A stretch of DNA of 64,000 nt from Carpediemonas membranifera BICM (lineage: Eukaryota > Protista > Fornicata): contig JAHDYR010000005.1 in the NCBI GenBank assembly GCA_019828565.1, positions 248,001-312,000 of the forward strand. Reading direction: 5' to 3'. The notes beneath the pieces were generated by a model, which saw only the letters and a list, made by a program, of their open reading frames with translations, was not told the origin of the DNA and did no database searches. The stretch's first letter is position 1, and the number at the start of each line of letters is the position of its first letter. Made by a program: the position numbers and the translations under genes. Below are positions 9,995-20,198 of this stretch, in pieces.

Positions 9995-12739
9995 ATGGTG
10001 GGTGTGGGAAAGATTCAAGGCCTCTCAGCAAGTCGTGGGCTGGATCAGAGAAGGGATCCCGGTCGAGCTCACGCATCCTCCCCCTCCGGCGCGTCCACAA
10101 AACTCGATCGACCCGCGTATCTTACCCAAACTCTCCAAGATGCAGGAAGATGGTATCATCGAGCTGACACGACTTTCAGAACTTCGCCACAGCGCCCCTC
10201 TGTTCGCCGTGGCCAAGGGGCAGGACATTCGTGTAATACACAACCTCACGCGTCTCAACCGCGTCTCGAAAGAACGTCGCTCCTTCCGACTCTTCGGCAT
10301 CAGACGGGCCATCAACATGCTCAGCAAGAATGCCTGGATGGCCAAGATAGACCTCCGGTCTGGATATTCACAGCTCGGCATCAAGGACAGCGACAAGCCT
10401 CTCCTGGGGATCGTACTTCCAGACGGGCGAGCATTTCGCTACCGCACCCTCGGATTCGGGTGGACGGCGGCACCCTTCTTTTTCCAGTCCACCATGATCC
10501 AGGCAGCGAAGATAATCGCCCTGCGGCACCACGTGACAGTCAACGTATACCTAGACAACTTTCTTCTTTCCGCCGAGAGCCAGGCCCACCTCAAAGCAGA
10601 GCTACCACGGGCCATGCAAACTCTGGACGCCCTCGGACTAATACCATCTCTAGAGAAGTGCATTCTGGTTCCTTGCCAGTGCATCGAGTTCCTTGGTCTG
10701 CTTCTGAACTCGGCAGACCAGACCCTTCGCCTTCCAGTCGACAAGGCGGAGAAATACCAAGCGTGCATTACCGACGCCCTCGCTCAACGCCGCATGAAGG
10801 CGGAGGACTGGGCGAAGCTGGTCGGCAAGCTGTCCTTCTTCGCGACATCCGCCCACAGAGCCACACTAAAGCTCCGGTCACTGCCAAGGGCTCCCTCGGA
10901 CTGGATCGACATCACACCCTACGCCTCAGAACTTCGAGAATGGCAAGAGCTGTTGTCCAGCCGTCCAAGCCGCCCCTTCGTGGAGCTGAAGAACATGTGG
11001 CAGAACGACCAGACCCTCGAGCTGGTCATATCAACCGACGCCTCAGGCTCGGGCTGGGGCGCCCAGTGGGCAGCCACCACGCAGAGCAGCCACGGCTCCT
11101 TCAATGGCGCGCTAGCCAATCAGTCAATCAACGTGAAGGAGTTGGCAGCCGTACTCTTCGGCTCGCGCCTGGTGCCAACACAGCCTCAGACGAGACGCCT
11201 GACCGTGTATTCCGACAACACCACGTGTGTCGCTTGGATCAACAAGGAGGGCAGCTCGAAGGCTCCGCCAATGGCCCTGCAGATCCTCCACTCCCTTTAC
11301 CGCGAGATGAGCGCGAAGAGACTGCTCATCAGCGCCCATCACACTCCAGGTCATCTCAATCTAGCTGCAGACCGCCTATCTCGGGGGTTGCTCACACCAC
11401 CCCACGTCCTCGAGCAGATCCTGTCCAGCTGGGGTCCGGTGGACGTAGACGTAACTCCATACCCAGACCACAGTCTACTCCTCCCAGGGTTCGCTTCCAC
11501 CTCCTGGCAAGACGGGATGGACCGGGACTGGCGCGGACACCGGATCTATGCGGCACCACCCCCGTCGCCGATGATACTGGGTCGGGTCTGTCGAGTCCTG
11601 AATTCGATCCTCGCGACCCGGACTACATCCCCTCCGTCAACCTGGACCTCAGCCGTCTTCCTCGTCGTCCCAGACATCACATCGCCCGAGCTCCGACTCC
11701 TCAAATCACAGGCAACTTGCAAGATCGCCTTCTCCATCCCCAGGAGCGACTTCGCGTCCGACGACCTCCCTCTCGTAGAGCGCCTGGCCAAGCCGAACGG
11801 GAATATCCGCTTCATGGCCCTCGCCTTCCAGACCTGTTCACCAGCATCGTCAACCACCCAATACTCGCTCACATGCGCAGACACGAGACGCGCCGAGCAG
11901 TAGCCGGCTGGATCACCGCTTTTATAGAGTTCCGAGGCCAGGACTTAGACGACACCGAAGTATACCGAGCCTTCCTCGAGGAGGAGGCAGAGCATAACGC
12001 CCCAGCCACCGTAGAGCGCAAGGGCTACTGGATAGAGCGAGCCGCGCCCCTGTTCTCCGACTGGCTTCCCAGTCCTTACTGCTCTCAGATTCGACGCGGC
12101 ATCGCCGCCCACGCCTCGACGGACGGCATGACAGGTGGCTCGGCGCCCATACTCAAGGAGGACATGCTGCGCGCAATCACTCGTCGGAACGACAGCGTCT
12201 CGGCTTACCAGGCGACCCTGTTCGCCGCGATCGCATACCTAACAGTCAGCCGTGGGGCAGAGATATTCCGCCTCACTCCTCACGACATCGTCTTCAAAGC
12301 CAACGGAGACGTCCAACTCCTCATCGGCCAGACCAAGACTCAGACTAAGGTGTCAAAATCCCTGCCGAACGTCTTACTGGGTCCCTTCAACCCCGCATTC
12401 GCGCTGAAGAGATGGGTTCTCGGCCTCCGCTTGCCGCCAGATGTCGGCATCTGGAGAGTCATCACCTCCGACCGTACAATCAGCCGACGGAAGGCGGCCT
12501 CCATGCGGTACATGCGAGATGAGCTCCGGAGGACGTTCAACGACGACCGCGTTGGCCTCCACAGCTTCCGCAAGGGGGCCGCCTCCGAGTTAGCCCTCGC
12601 CGGGACACCCCTCGAGACCCTGCTACAGCTGGGCACATGGGCCAATGGCAACTCACTCCGCCCCTACATCGGCGAGGCCATCAGAAATCATCCGTCGCAG
12701 TTAAGAAAAACTGCTGAGACACTGTTCTCATCCCATTAA
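9995..12739 (+). CDS. YR-C tyrosine recombinase (ORF overlaps all of pol; catalytic domain C-terminal)
   Basis: Catalytic motifs VSRGAE, TKT, HSFRKG, GTW and RPY. Confidence 0.9.
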   Translation: MVGVGKIQGLSASRGLDQRRDPGRAHASSPSGASTKLDRPAYLTQTLQDAGRWYHRADTTFRTSPQRPSVRRGQGAGHSCNTQPHASQPRLERTSLLPTLRHQTGHQHAQQECLDGQDRPPVWIFTARHQGQRQASPGDRTSRRASISLPHPRIRVDGGTLLFPVHHDPGSEDNRPAAPRDSQRIPRQLSSFRREPGPPQSRATTGHANSGRPRTNTISREVHSGSLPVHRVPWSASELGRPDPSPSSRQGGEIPSVHYRRPRSTPHEGGGLGEAGRQAVLLRDIRPQSHTKAPVTAKGSLGLDRHHTLRLRTSRMARAVVQPSKPPLRGAEEHVAERPDPRAGHINRRLRLGLGRPVGSHHAEQPRLLQWRASQSVNQREGVGSRTLRLAPGANTASDETPDRVFRQHHVCRLDQQGGQLEGSANGPADPPLPLPRDEREETAHQRPSHSRSSQSSCRPPISGVAHTTPRPRADPVQLGSGGRRRNSIPRPQSTPPRVRFHLLARRDGPGLARTPDLCGTTPVADDTGSGLSSPEFDPRDPDYIPSVNLDLSRLPRRPRHHIARAPTPQITGNLQDRLLHPQERLRVRRPPSRRAPGQAEREYPLHGPRLPDLFTSIVNHPILAHMRRHETRRAVAGWITAFIEFRGQDLDDTEVYRAFLEEEAEHNAPATVERKGYWIERAAPLFSDWLPSPYCSQIRRGIAAHASTDGMTGGSAPILKEDMLRAITRRNDSVSAYQATLFAAIAYLTVSRGAEIFRLTPHDIVFKANGDVQLLIGQTKTQTKVSKSLPNVLLGPFNPAFALKRWVLGLRLPPDVGIWRVITSDRTISRRKAASMRYMRDELRRTFNDDRVGLHSFRKGAASELALAGTPLETLLQLGTWANGNSLRPYIGEAIRNHPSQLRKTAETLFSSH
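10002..11903 (+). CDS. pol: YR-C pol: RT, RNase H and degenerate methyltransferase-like domain
   Basis: Motifs KIDLRSGY, YLDN (second Asp replaced), STDASGSGWG, KEL, YSDN, ADRLSR, and WGPVDVD...IYAAPPP. Confidence 0.9.
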   Translation: MWERFKASQQVVGWIREGIPVELTHPPPPARPQNSIDPRILPKLSKMQEDGIIELTRLSELRHSAPLFAVAKGQDIRVIHNLTRLNRVSKERRSFRLFGIRRAINMLSKNAWMAKIDLRSGYSQLGIKDSDKPLLGIVLPDGRAFRYRTLGFGWTAAPFFFQSTMIQAAKIIALRHHVTVNVYLDNFLLSAESQAHLKAELPRAMQTLDALGLIPSLEKCILVPCQCIEFLGLLLNSADQTLRLPVDKAEKYQACITDALAQRRMKAEDWAKLVGKLSFFATSAHRATLKLRSLPRAPSDWIDITPYASELREWQELLSSRPSRPFVELKNMWQNDQTLELVISTDASGSGWGAQWAATTQSSHGSFNGALANQSINVKELAAVLFGSRLVPTQPQTRRLTVYSDNTTCVAWINKEGSSKAPPMALQILHSLYREMSAKRLLISAHHTPGHLNLAADRLSRGLLTPPHVLEQILSSWGPVDVDVTPYPDHSLLLPGFASTSWQDGMDRDWRGHRIYAAPPPSPMILGRVCRVLNSILATRTTSPPSTWTSAVFLVVPDITSPELRLLKSQATCKIAFSIPRSDFASDDLPLVERLAKPNGNIRFMALAFQTCSPASSTTQYSLTCADTRRAEQ

Positions 12740-13304
12740 ACACCATCGCACCGAGGATCGTCATGGCGACGTCCGGTGAGCCGAGGCGGCAAGGAGCCGC
12801 TGGCACAGAAGCTTGCATAGTGCAGCTAACTCCCTGAGGAGGACGGGATTGGTCGGTTTCCCATTTGGATATGAGTTAGGATGCTAGGATACTCTAGCGA
12901 GCAGCACTCGACCAGGGCACCCGGGGTGCTGAGGGTCGGAGGGTCCCGCGGGGAGCGCGGGCCGGAGACTATTGATCGTTGGATTGATTCGACCAGATGT
13001 GCAGGATATGGCAGAATTCGAAAGATGCCCGAAGAAGACACGGGCACGCCCAAGGCAGAGGGTCCCGAACGACGGACCTGCCTCGTCTCGCGAGGAACGC
13101 GGGAAACGAAAGAGGACGCTGAATATTTACGCGGAGAGACAGGAAATCCGAGTAAATATTATTCCCCCCCATTTGGATATGGCGCTACATCGTCAGTAAG
13201 GTTACCTCGGGTAACGGGCCCGGAGCGGAGGGCGATGCGATAGCCTCACTCCGGGCAAAAGGTGTTTCGCCGGTCAGGCGAGTCACGCAGTTTATGCGGA
13301 CAGA

Positions 13305-13859
13305 ATGGCGCAAGGTTCGGATCCGCCGGATCCGACGGCAACACGCTTAGATAAGCTAGAAGCTTCAATCAATTCCATGTCCGAAGCCCTAAACAGGCTT
13401 GCTCCTCCGCCTCCGCCAGAGAAAGAACCTGACGACGAAATGCTCGAAAGTTCCACCGTTGCTAGGTTCAATACCTCCGAATCGTTGGAGGAGGACACGA
13501 TGGAGGACATAGATGCAACTCTGGCAGAGATGGACACCTTCTCGGAGTTACCAAGCAAGAGACCTCTCAAGGCAGAAGCGAAGTGGCTTCAACGCGTTGT
13601 CGTGATCACTAGTGCTCTCCCAGATTCCGCGACGAAACAACGTCTTCTTCTCGAACTACAGGCTCGTAGAATGGTCCTAGACCTCAAAGATGATAACTGG
13701 TCCGATGCCACGACCGAGCTGTTTCAGGACCTCTTCAACAGCACAGAAAGCAAGAGCAGCCGCACCATCGCTTACTGCGCAGCGAAGGCCCGCTCTAAGG
13801 GCAGGCGTAAGGACACCAACGGTAACATGGGGGGGTTTCACAAGAAGAAGAGAACATAA
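13305..13859 (+). CDS. gag: YR-D gag-like ORF1
   Basis: Homologous to the YR-B gag. Confidence 0.75.
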   Translation: MAQGSDPPDPTATRLDKLEASINSMSEALNRLAPPPPPEKEPDDEMLESSTVARFNTSESLEEDTMEDIDATLAEMDTFSELPSKRPLKAEAKWLQRVVVITSALPDSATKQRLLLELQARRMVLDLKDDNWSDATTELFQDLFNSTESKSSRTIAYCAAKARSKGRRKDTNGNMGGFHKKKRT

Positions 13860-14032
13860 CAACCTCTGTTCATCAATTCCCGTCGATGTGCAGTGGGTCT
13901 TACCCAATGTTACATAGGATTACCATTTCATAGATTTATATAGTATTGACCATATTCACCACATCATGGGTTTTCTTATATTAAACAATCTTTCCCTAGC
14001 CATAAGGCTACATTAGTACTAATCCCACCAAC

Positions 14033-17000
14033 ATGGTATACGGGAAGGCCAAAGCGCCGATACTAAAGGGCACGTCCGTGGCTGAATTAGTCACGTTCGT
14101 GGAAGCGCTCCAAGATTATCGAGCACTCGGCGGAAAACAGCGCTCAGACCGCCTAATAGACAGCTGCGTCCGTGACTACGTTGACGGAGTACTCGGCACG
14201 GACGACAACGATCCTCCCGTGGCGCTCATCAAGACCAAGACTACACGCCGGCGCGAACAAGACATCGCTTGTGTCAAGCGTCTCGGCAAGGCCTTTAGAC
14301 CACGCCACGAGGTAGCAAGGCTTGAATACTTCCGCTTGAACGCCACATCCTTCACGCCTAGCGAGGTGGTACGCATCAACAAGCGCTTTCAGACATTGCT
14401 GGCTATTCTGCAACCCGAGTCATCACAGGAGACACTGTGTAAGACGTACGCCCGCTGCTTCAAGCAGGGAACAGGCAGAACTATGTACCGCATTCAAGAG
14501 TTGATCGAAGATTCCACTCTGAGTGATGCCATGCCTCAGGTACTCGCCATTAGCACCGAGCTGCGGGACGGCGAAGAGCTGAGAGAAGCGTACCTAGGAG
14601 ACGGACAGAAGCACCCCAAGAGCATTCACCCGACAGGCGGCCATCCTAGCGGTAACAGAAGAGAGCAGGCCGCAACGGCCATCCTTATCGCCAGCCGCTG
14701 CCGTCTGAGGAGGGAAGCAACAAGACGCTGAACCGGGATAAGTCAGAGCGTAAGCCCCATCCCAGTAGCACTGACAAGAAGCGCGACTACACCTGCTGGA
14801 ACTGCGGCGGCAAGCACGCATGGCACAAGTGCCCCAAGCCGAAGCACACGTGCTCGATCTGCAAGAAGACTGGTCACCTGGAGAGATATTGTCGGGATAA
14901 ATCTCCGCAATATTCTCTCTCTATCAGTGCAGATCAGTCCAAGTCCAAGATCAACCTACCACTCGTTCCGGTTTCAGTAGGCAAGCAGAAGCTGACAGCG
15001 TTATTAGACTCGGGAGCTAACGTGTCAAGCATCCACCCTCGCCACGCAGCCAAGCTCGAGGTCATATCCACCACGCAGGAGCGTGTCGCAACAGCAGGCG
15101 GCGAGAAACAGTCACAGGGTCGAGTCAACGCTACGATTAAGCTGCAACCATCATCGTTCACCCCGCGCACTTGTACATTTAACGCCGAGCTACTTCTACT
15201 CGACACCGACTTCGACCTGATCCTAGGGTACCCCCATATGGTTGAGTTGGGTATACTCCCTCAGGCTGAGTGGAACAAGGAGGGTAGCGACGAGCTGGAC
15301 ATTCCGTCGCCCGCCAAGTTCGACGCTGCCGTCTACCAGTTGAACCCCACTACGAGCGATACACAGGCCAAGATTCTCAAGGAGTTCAGCGCAGTGTTCG
15401 AAGATCGCAACGAGCCAAGCAAGCTCGAACCGTACGACTTGATCCTGAAGAGTGACAGGGTCGTGAACGCGCGACCATACTACATCCCCCCGGCGAAGGT
15501 AGCCGTCGTCAAGGAGCACATTGACGCTCTCCTGGCGAAGAGATTTATCCGTGCCTGTCAATCGCCTTACGCTTCGCCCGCGATGACAGTACCCAAGAAA
15601 GGGGGTAAGTCCCGATTCGTAGTTGACTTCAGACAAATTAACGACATCACCGAACCTTTCAACTACCCCATACCTCGTATTGACGAGGTTATCTCCCAGC
15701 TAGCGGGGAAGAAGGTCTTCGCAACCCTCGACCTCTCCGCCGGTTACCACCAAGTCGAGCTGACCGAGCGCTGCCGCCAGTACACCGCATTTACTACGGC
15801 TCTGGGGCAGTACGAGTACTGTCGGATGCCCTTTGGGCTACGCAATGCTGGAGCCCATTTCCAGCGGGCTATGGAGTCCGCCTTCCGGGGGCTGGTCGGC
15901 ACAGCCTGTTATATATACATTGACGACATCATCATCTTCGGGGCAAGCGAAGAGGAATATCTCCAGAATCTCCGCAAGGTCCTCCTTCGCGCACGCGAGA
16001 CAAAGTTACAGCTCAATAGGGAGAAGTGCCAGTTTGGCCGTGCCGAGGTCGAGTTCCTAGGTTGGGTAATCTCCGAGGGGCAGAAACACATCGCCCCCGA
16101 CCGGGTAGCCGACATTGCAGAGCTCCAGTTGCCCAAGAGCGTCCGTGGGATGCAGGGCTTAGTAGGCTTTCTGAACTATTTCAGAGATCACGTGGACCGT
16201 TTCGCCGAGATCGCCCTCCCCTTGACTGAGGCAATGGCCGGGCGCAGGCCTATCGGCCAGCCTGAACAGGACGCAGCGCTGAAGAAGATCAAGGATGCTC
16301 TCACATCGGCGGACGCACTCGCCATCTTCGACGCGACTAAGGAGCACACTATTATGACCGATGCCTCAGGGCTCGGCTACGGTGCAGTACTCCTCCAAGA
16401 GGGTAGGCCAGTATGCTATATGAGTAAGGCCTTTAATGAGGTGCAGTCGAGATGGTCTACCAGTGAGAAGGAGGCGTACGCCATTATAGCTGCCGTGCAA
16501 CGCTGGCGCAAGTTCCTCAGTTGGGGCCATTTCACAATCCTGACCGACCACAGGAACCTCCTGTTCATGTTCCGGAGCGTTAACGCCAAGGTCAAGCGAT
16601 GGGCTGACACCCTGTCCGACTTAGACTTCGGTATTGAGCACGTTGCAGGTTTAGACAACGCCGGAGCCGACGGACTATCGAGAGTTTTCACCGTACGCTC
16701 CCAGGCGACCACTGATCAGATTAAGAAGGCACACGAGATGGCAGGCGCTCATTTCTCGAGAAGACAGACAATCGACAGACTGAGAGCCGACGGGTTGAGC
16801 GTATCCCGCTCAGCTGTGGACGAGTTCATCTCTCATTGCCCCACGTGCCAAGTGCTAGAACGACCACCCGAGCAGACTGTGGCCGGGTTACATACGGCTG
16901 TAGAGACCCCGTTCAAACGCGTAGCGATCGACACTATGGGGCCATTCCCAACGCGGGACGGTATGACGCACATTACGGTCATGGTCGACATGTGCTCACG

Positions 17001-17964
17001 GTGGACCGAGCTGGTTGCCGTCTCCGGGACCACAGCCGAAGCAGCAGCTGACGCATTCGTCAACAACTGGGTACTGCGCTTCGGGTGCCCAGAGGTGTTA
17101 CAGTCCGATGGAGGGCCAGAGTTTAACAACAAGCTATTCCAACGGTTGTCCAAGGAGTTGGGCTTTGATACGCACATCACTACGGCCCACCATCCACAGT
17201 CAAACGGGATGGTGGAGCGAGCCAACAAGGAGGTGTTACGCATCTTGAAGGCACGCAAGTTCCACATAAGAGACTCTAACTGGATACATCACCTGCCTGT
17301 CGCGAGCTTTATCATCAACGCCACGCCGCGAGTCCCAACCCGCCTATCACCGGCTGAGATCGTCCTGGGATATAACCTCACCGTGCCTAGCTCAATATAC
17401 GTTACCAAGCAAGCGTCAGCGAGCGCCAAGCAGTCACACCGGGCAGCCGCCGACGCGGCAATTCAGCTGGCGAAGGCTCGCATCCAAGCGATGAAGGAGG
17501 ACGCGTGGTCGAAGGCCGTCTCGTCGCGTACGGAGATCCTGAGTCGTTACGTCTTGGTCAAGTACCCCTCTCGCCCACCTGACAAACTATCACCAGGGTG
17601 GAGAGGCCCGATGAGGCGCGTTAAGAGCATCAAGCAATCAGGCGTCACCGTGGCATATGAAGTCCAAGACATGGCAGAGTCACCCACGAATGGTAAGACC
17701 ATCAAGGTCGATGCCGCACGAGTGCGAAGGTTCAACCCCGGTACACTAACTGACGACCAGATCCAGCAACTCGCTGCAACTAGCAGGGACGAGTGGTTGG
17801 TCGACCGCATTTCAGCAGCACGCGGGTCAGGTACCATGTCGCAGAAGAAGTACCTCGTGCACTGGGCCGGATTTGAGGACGAAGAAGCCACGTGGGAACC
17901 ATATAAGAACGTTAAGGACTGCGCAGCTCTCGACATCTTCCTGGCGAACAATACAGACGGATAG
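14033..17964 (+). CDS. pol: Gy1 gag-pol (one frameshift near 14.7 kb): gag, two Zn knuckles, PR, RT, RNase H, integrase, chromodomain
   Basis: Motifs CWNCGGKH, CSICKKTGHLERYC, LLDSGA, YIDD, TDAS, HHCC, SDGGPEF...NGMVER and YLVHWAGF...TWEP. Confidence 0.93.
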
Positions 17965-18026
17965 CCCTTGTACATAGCCGTGTAAATAACGGACTATCAA
18001 GGCGCTAACCAAGATCATCAGAACAT

Positions 18027-19266
18027 TTACTCGTCACCGGCAGACTCCTCGTCACTGGTCACCACTTCTTCCAACTCTACCTGCAGGGACTCAGGCAGAA
18101 CGTCCCAGAGCTCGGAATGAGCCCTGAGGTACTGGTTGACCACAGCCACGCGGACAAGGTCTGCGTTAACCGGCGTCAGACTTGCTTCAGGGAACCCGTC
18201 GTAGGCGACAAGGAGCAAGAAGGAGCCAGCGCGACCACGGTAGGCCTGCTCAACGAACAGCCACCAGTGACCACGCACAGCCAGCACGCGATAATACCGG
18301 TCGCGCTCGTAGACCTGAAAGCGGGTCATATCCTGTGTAAGACGAAGAAACCGGGGTACCTACCGGGGGGAGGCTGAGGGTCGGCAGCTCCTCGGCGCAG
18401 GCAAGGGCGTAGCAGTCATTGGCAAATCGATACAGGCACTGCCGGCCCTGCAGCACCCGGCTCCAGATCGCGTGCTGTAGCACTGCATAATACGGAACAT
18501 GATGCGTAAGAAGATAGAGCCGGCGGACGTGGCTACGTGCCGTGTCGACCCCAACGGCAAGAAGGCGTGCCGCCTCATCCAGGACCTCCCGGCGGATATC
18601 GCCGGCACGGCGACCGTTGAATACCTGGTTCATGATCTCCCGGTCGCTGACACCGGAGCCAAGATCGAAGTACTTGCGGAAGCCGACAAGCAGATAGTAG
18701 TCATCGACTGCCCCAGACAGAGCGATGACGCCACCGTCGAGGCGCTGAACGGAGGTCAGCGATGCCTGGTTAAGCGCACCGCTCATCAACACATCGAGGA
18801 ACGGCTGCACTGACAGCTCTAGATGCGATGAGAATGTCGATAACGTCGCCGTGACCGTCGAGATGACGTGATCGAGCTCACCCCGCAGCCGTGTGGCGCG
18901 ATCAATGCGGGGAGGCTCGAACACCACGTCCGCGCCCGTGACTGCCGGCGGGAGAACTCGATCACGGACGCCGATACGGCGCTTGCCTCTAGCACGGCGA
19001 GACGGACGCGAATCGCCGACGACGGTTGCCGGAACCACGCTGGAATCGGGCTGGCGCTCCTGATCGTTGACTGTTGAGCCCGTAGCGGTTGTTGAAGCAT
19101 CAATGGAGGACTGATTAGTCGTGTTGTCGGAGTTGGCGGTAGATCCAACGCGTCGACGAGCACGCTTGCGAATAACGTGGCGGAAGACGCGATTGAGGGC
19201 GGCAATGTCATCGTCATCGCTTAGTTCCTCGATTATAGCCTTCATTGCGGCGGTATAATTCTCCAT
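18027..19266 (-). CDS. Gy1 antisense accessory gene (31-nt intron at 18333-18363): helical domain plus C-terminal chromodomain-like domain
   Basis: Removing GTAGGT...CTTACACAG fuses ORF 18250-19266 in frame to ORF 18027-18329. The C-terminus LLVAYDGFPEASLTP...VNQYLRAH resembles the integrase chromodomains in this window. Confidence 0.75.
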
Positions 19267-20198
19267 ATCCTCAAACGGCTGCTTTGAAATCCTTCAAAGC
19301 AGCATTTACATGCATTGACGTAATTATCGTACTTTATGGGAACTACTGCAACCTAGCTGACTAACCCGCAGACCATAGCAGCCATGATCATGACCGGAGC
19401 CTGGGCGCAGGAGGTCGATTCGATGACGCTCATGAAGCCTTGAGGAGAATCGTGAAGATACTCCTCAATATCCCACAAACAGTGCAGCAACGAAGGCTTT
19501 TACTAAGTATTGATGTTGTTATTCATGAAGGACACACGTAGCGCAGAGCAGCACCTTCATTCGGCACCGAAAAGAAAAAACGTCGAGAACTCGCCAACGA
19601 AGCGTCGTTGAGGGCTGAAAACCCCATTTTTGACAACTATACGCTGGCTAGCGCTTTGCATACCGCGTATAGTGAAACTTTCGAAACCGCGGTTCATTGT
19701 GCCATAAAATGCACAGCCGAACCAAACCGCCACAATCACGGCCGTATTCCGGCCGTGGAGGGGCAGGGACATGTAAGATACCCTATACCTAACTTAGCGC
19801 GCGCGTTTATACAGTGGTACCACAAGATTTTTATAGATACAGATTCGAATAATAGTATCAACCATATCTTTACATAATACTGGCTAAGATCGTAGATCAA
19901 GGCCTGAAGGGCAGACATAGCCTACTCTACCGCCAATAGAGTAGACTGTTTCGATCGTACTTGGTGGCTCTCGTACGTTCGAAGCGGTTGTCACTTCACT
20001 AATCCTCATCGGCTATTGCCGACCATATATATGCGTTGCTTGAGGTCGTGCCTTACAGGCACTGGAGGGGCAGTGCAGTGGGTCTTACCCAATGTTACAT
20101 AGGATTACCATTTCATAGATTTATATAGTATTGACCATATTCACCACATCATGGGTTTTCTTATATTAAACAATCTTTCCCTAGCCATAAGGCTACAG

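Larger units (their letters stand above)
9348..13182 (+). mobile_element. YR-C: apparently complete PAT/DIRS-like element with split direct repeats
   Basis: A1 at 9348-9514 is repeated as A2 at 12882-13053. A short B core CCCATTTGGATATG occurs at ~12860 and ~13168. Contains gag, RT-RNaseH-MT and an overlapping YR. Confidence 0.85.
13889..20197 (+). mobile_element. Gy1: full-length chromodomain Ty3/Gypsy element with an antisense accessory gene
   Basis: Identical 124-bp TG...CA LTRs (13889-14012 and 20074-20197), 4-bp TSD GATG, PPT at 20063-20073. Confidence 0.95.

Noticed and set aside
9995-12739. Bacterial prophage or integron integrases
   Set aside because: The YR ORFs overlap RT-RNase H ORFs and follow gag-like ORFs, which is DIRS-order architecture. 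The long overlap itself is already known.
19328-19371. Sense-strand intron-like sequence ending CTAACCCGCAG in Gy1
   Set aside because: Only short ORFs follow it and no counterpart was found in Gy0; unsupported without RNA data.
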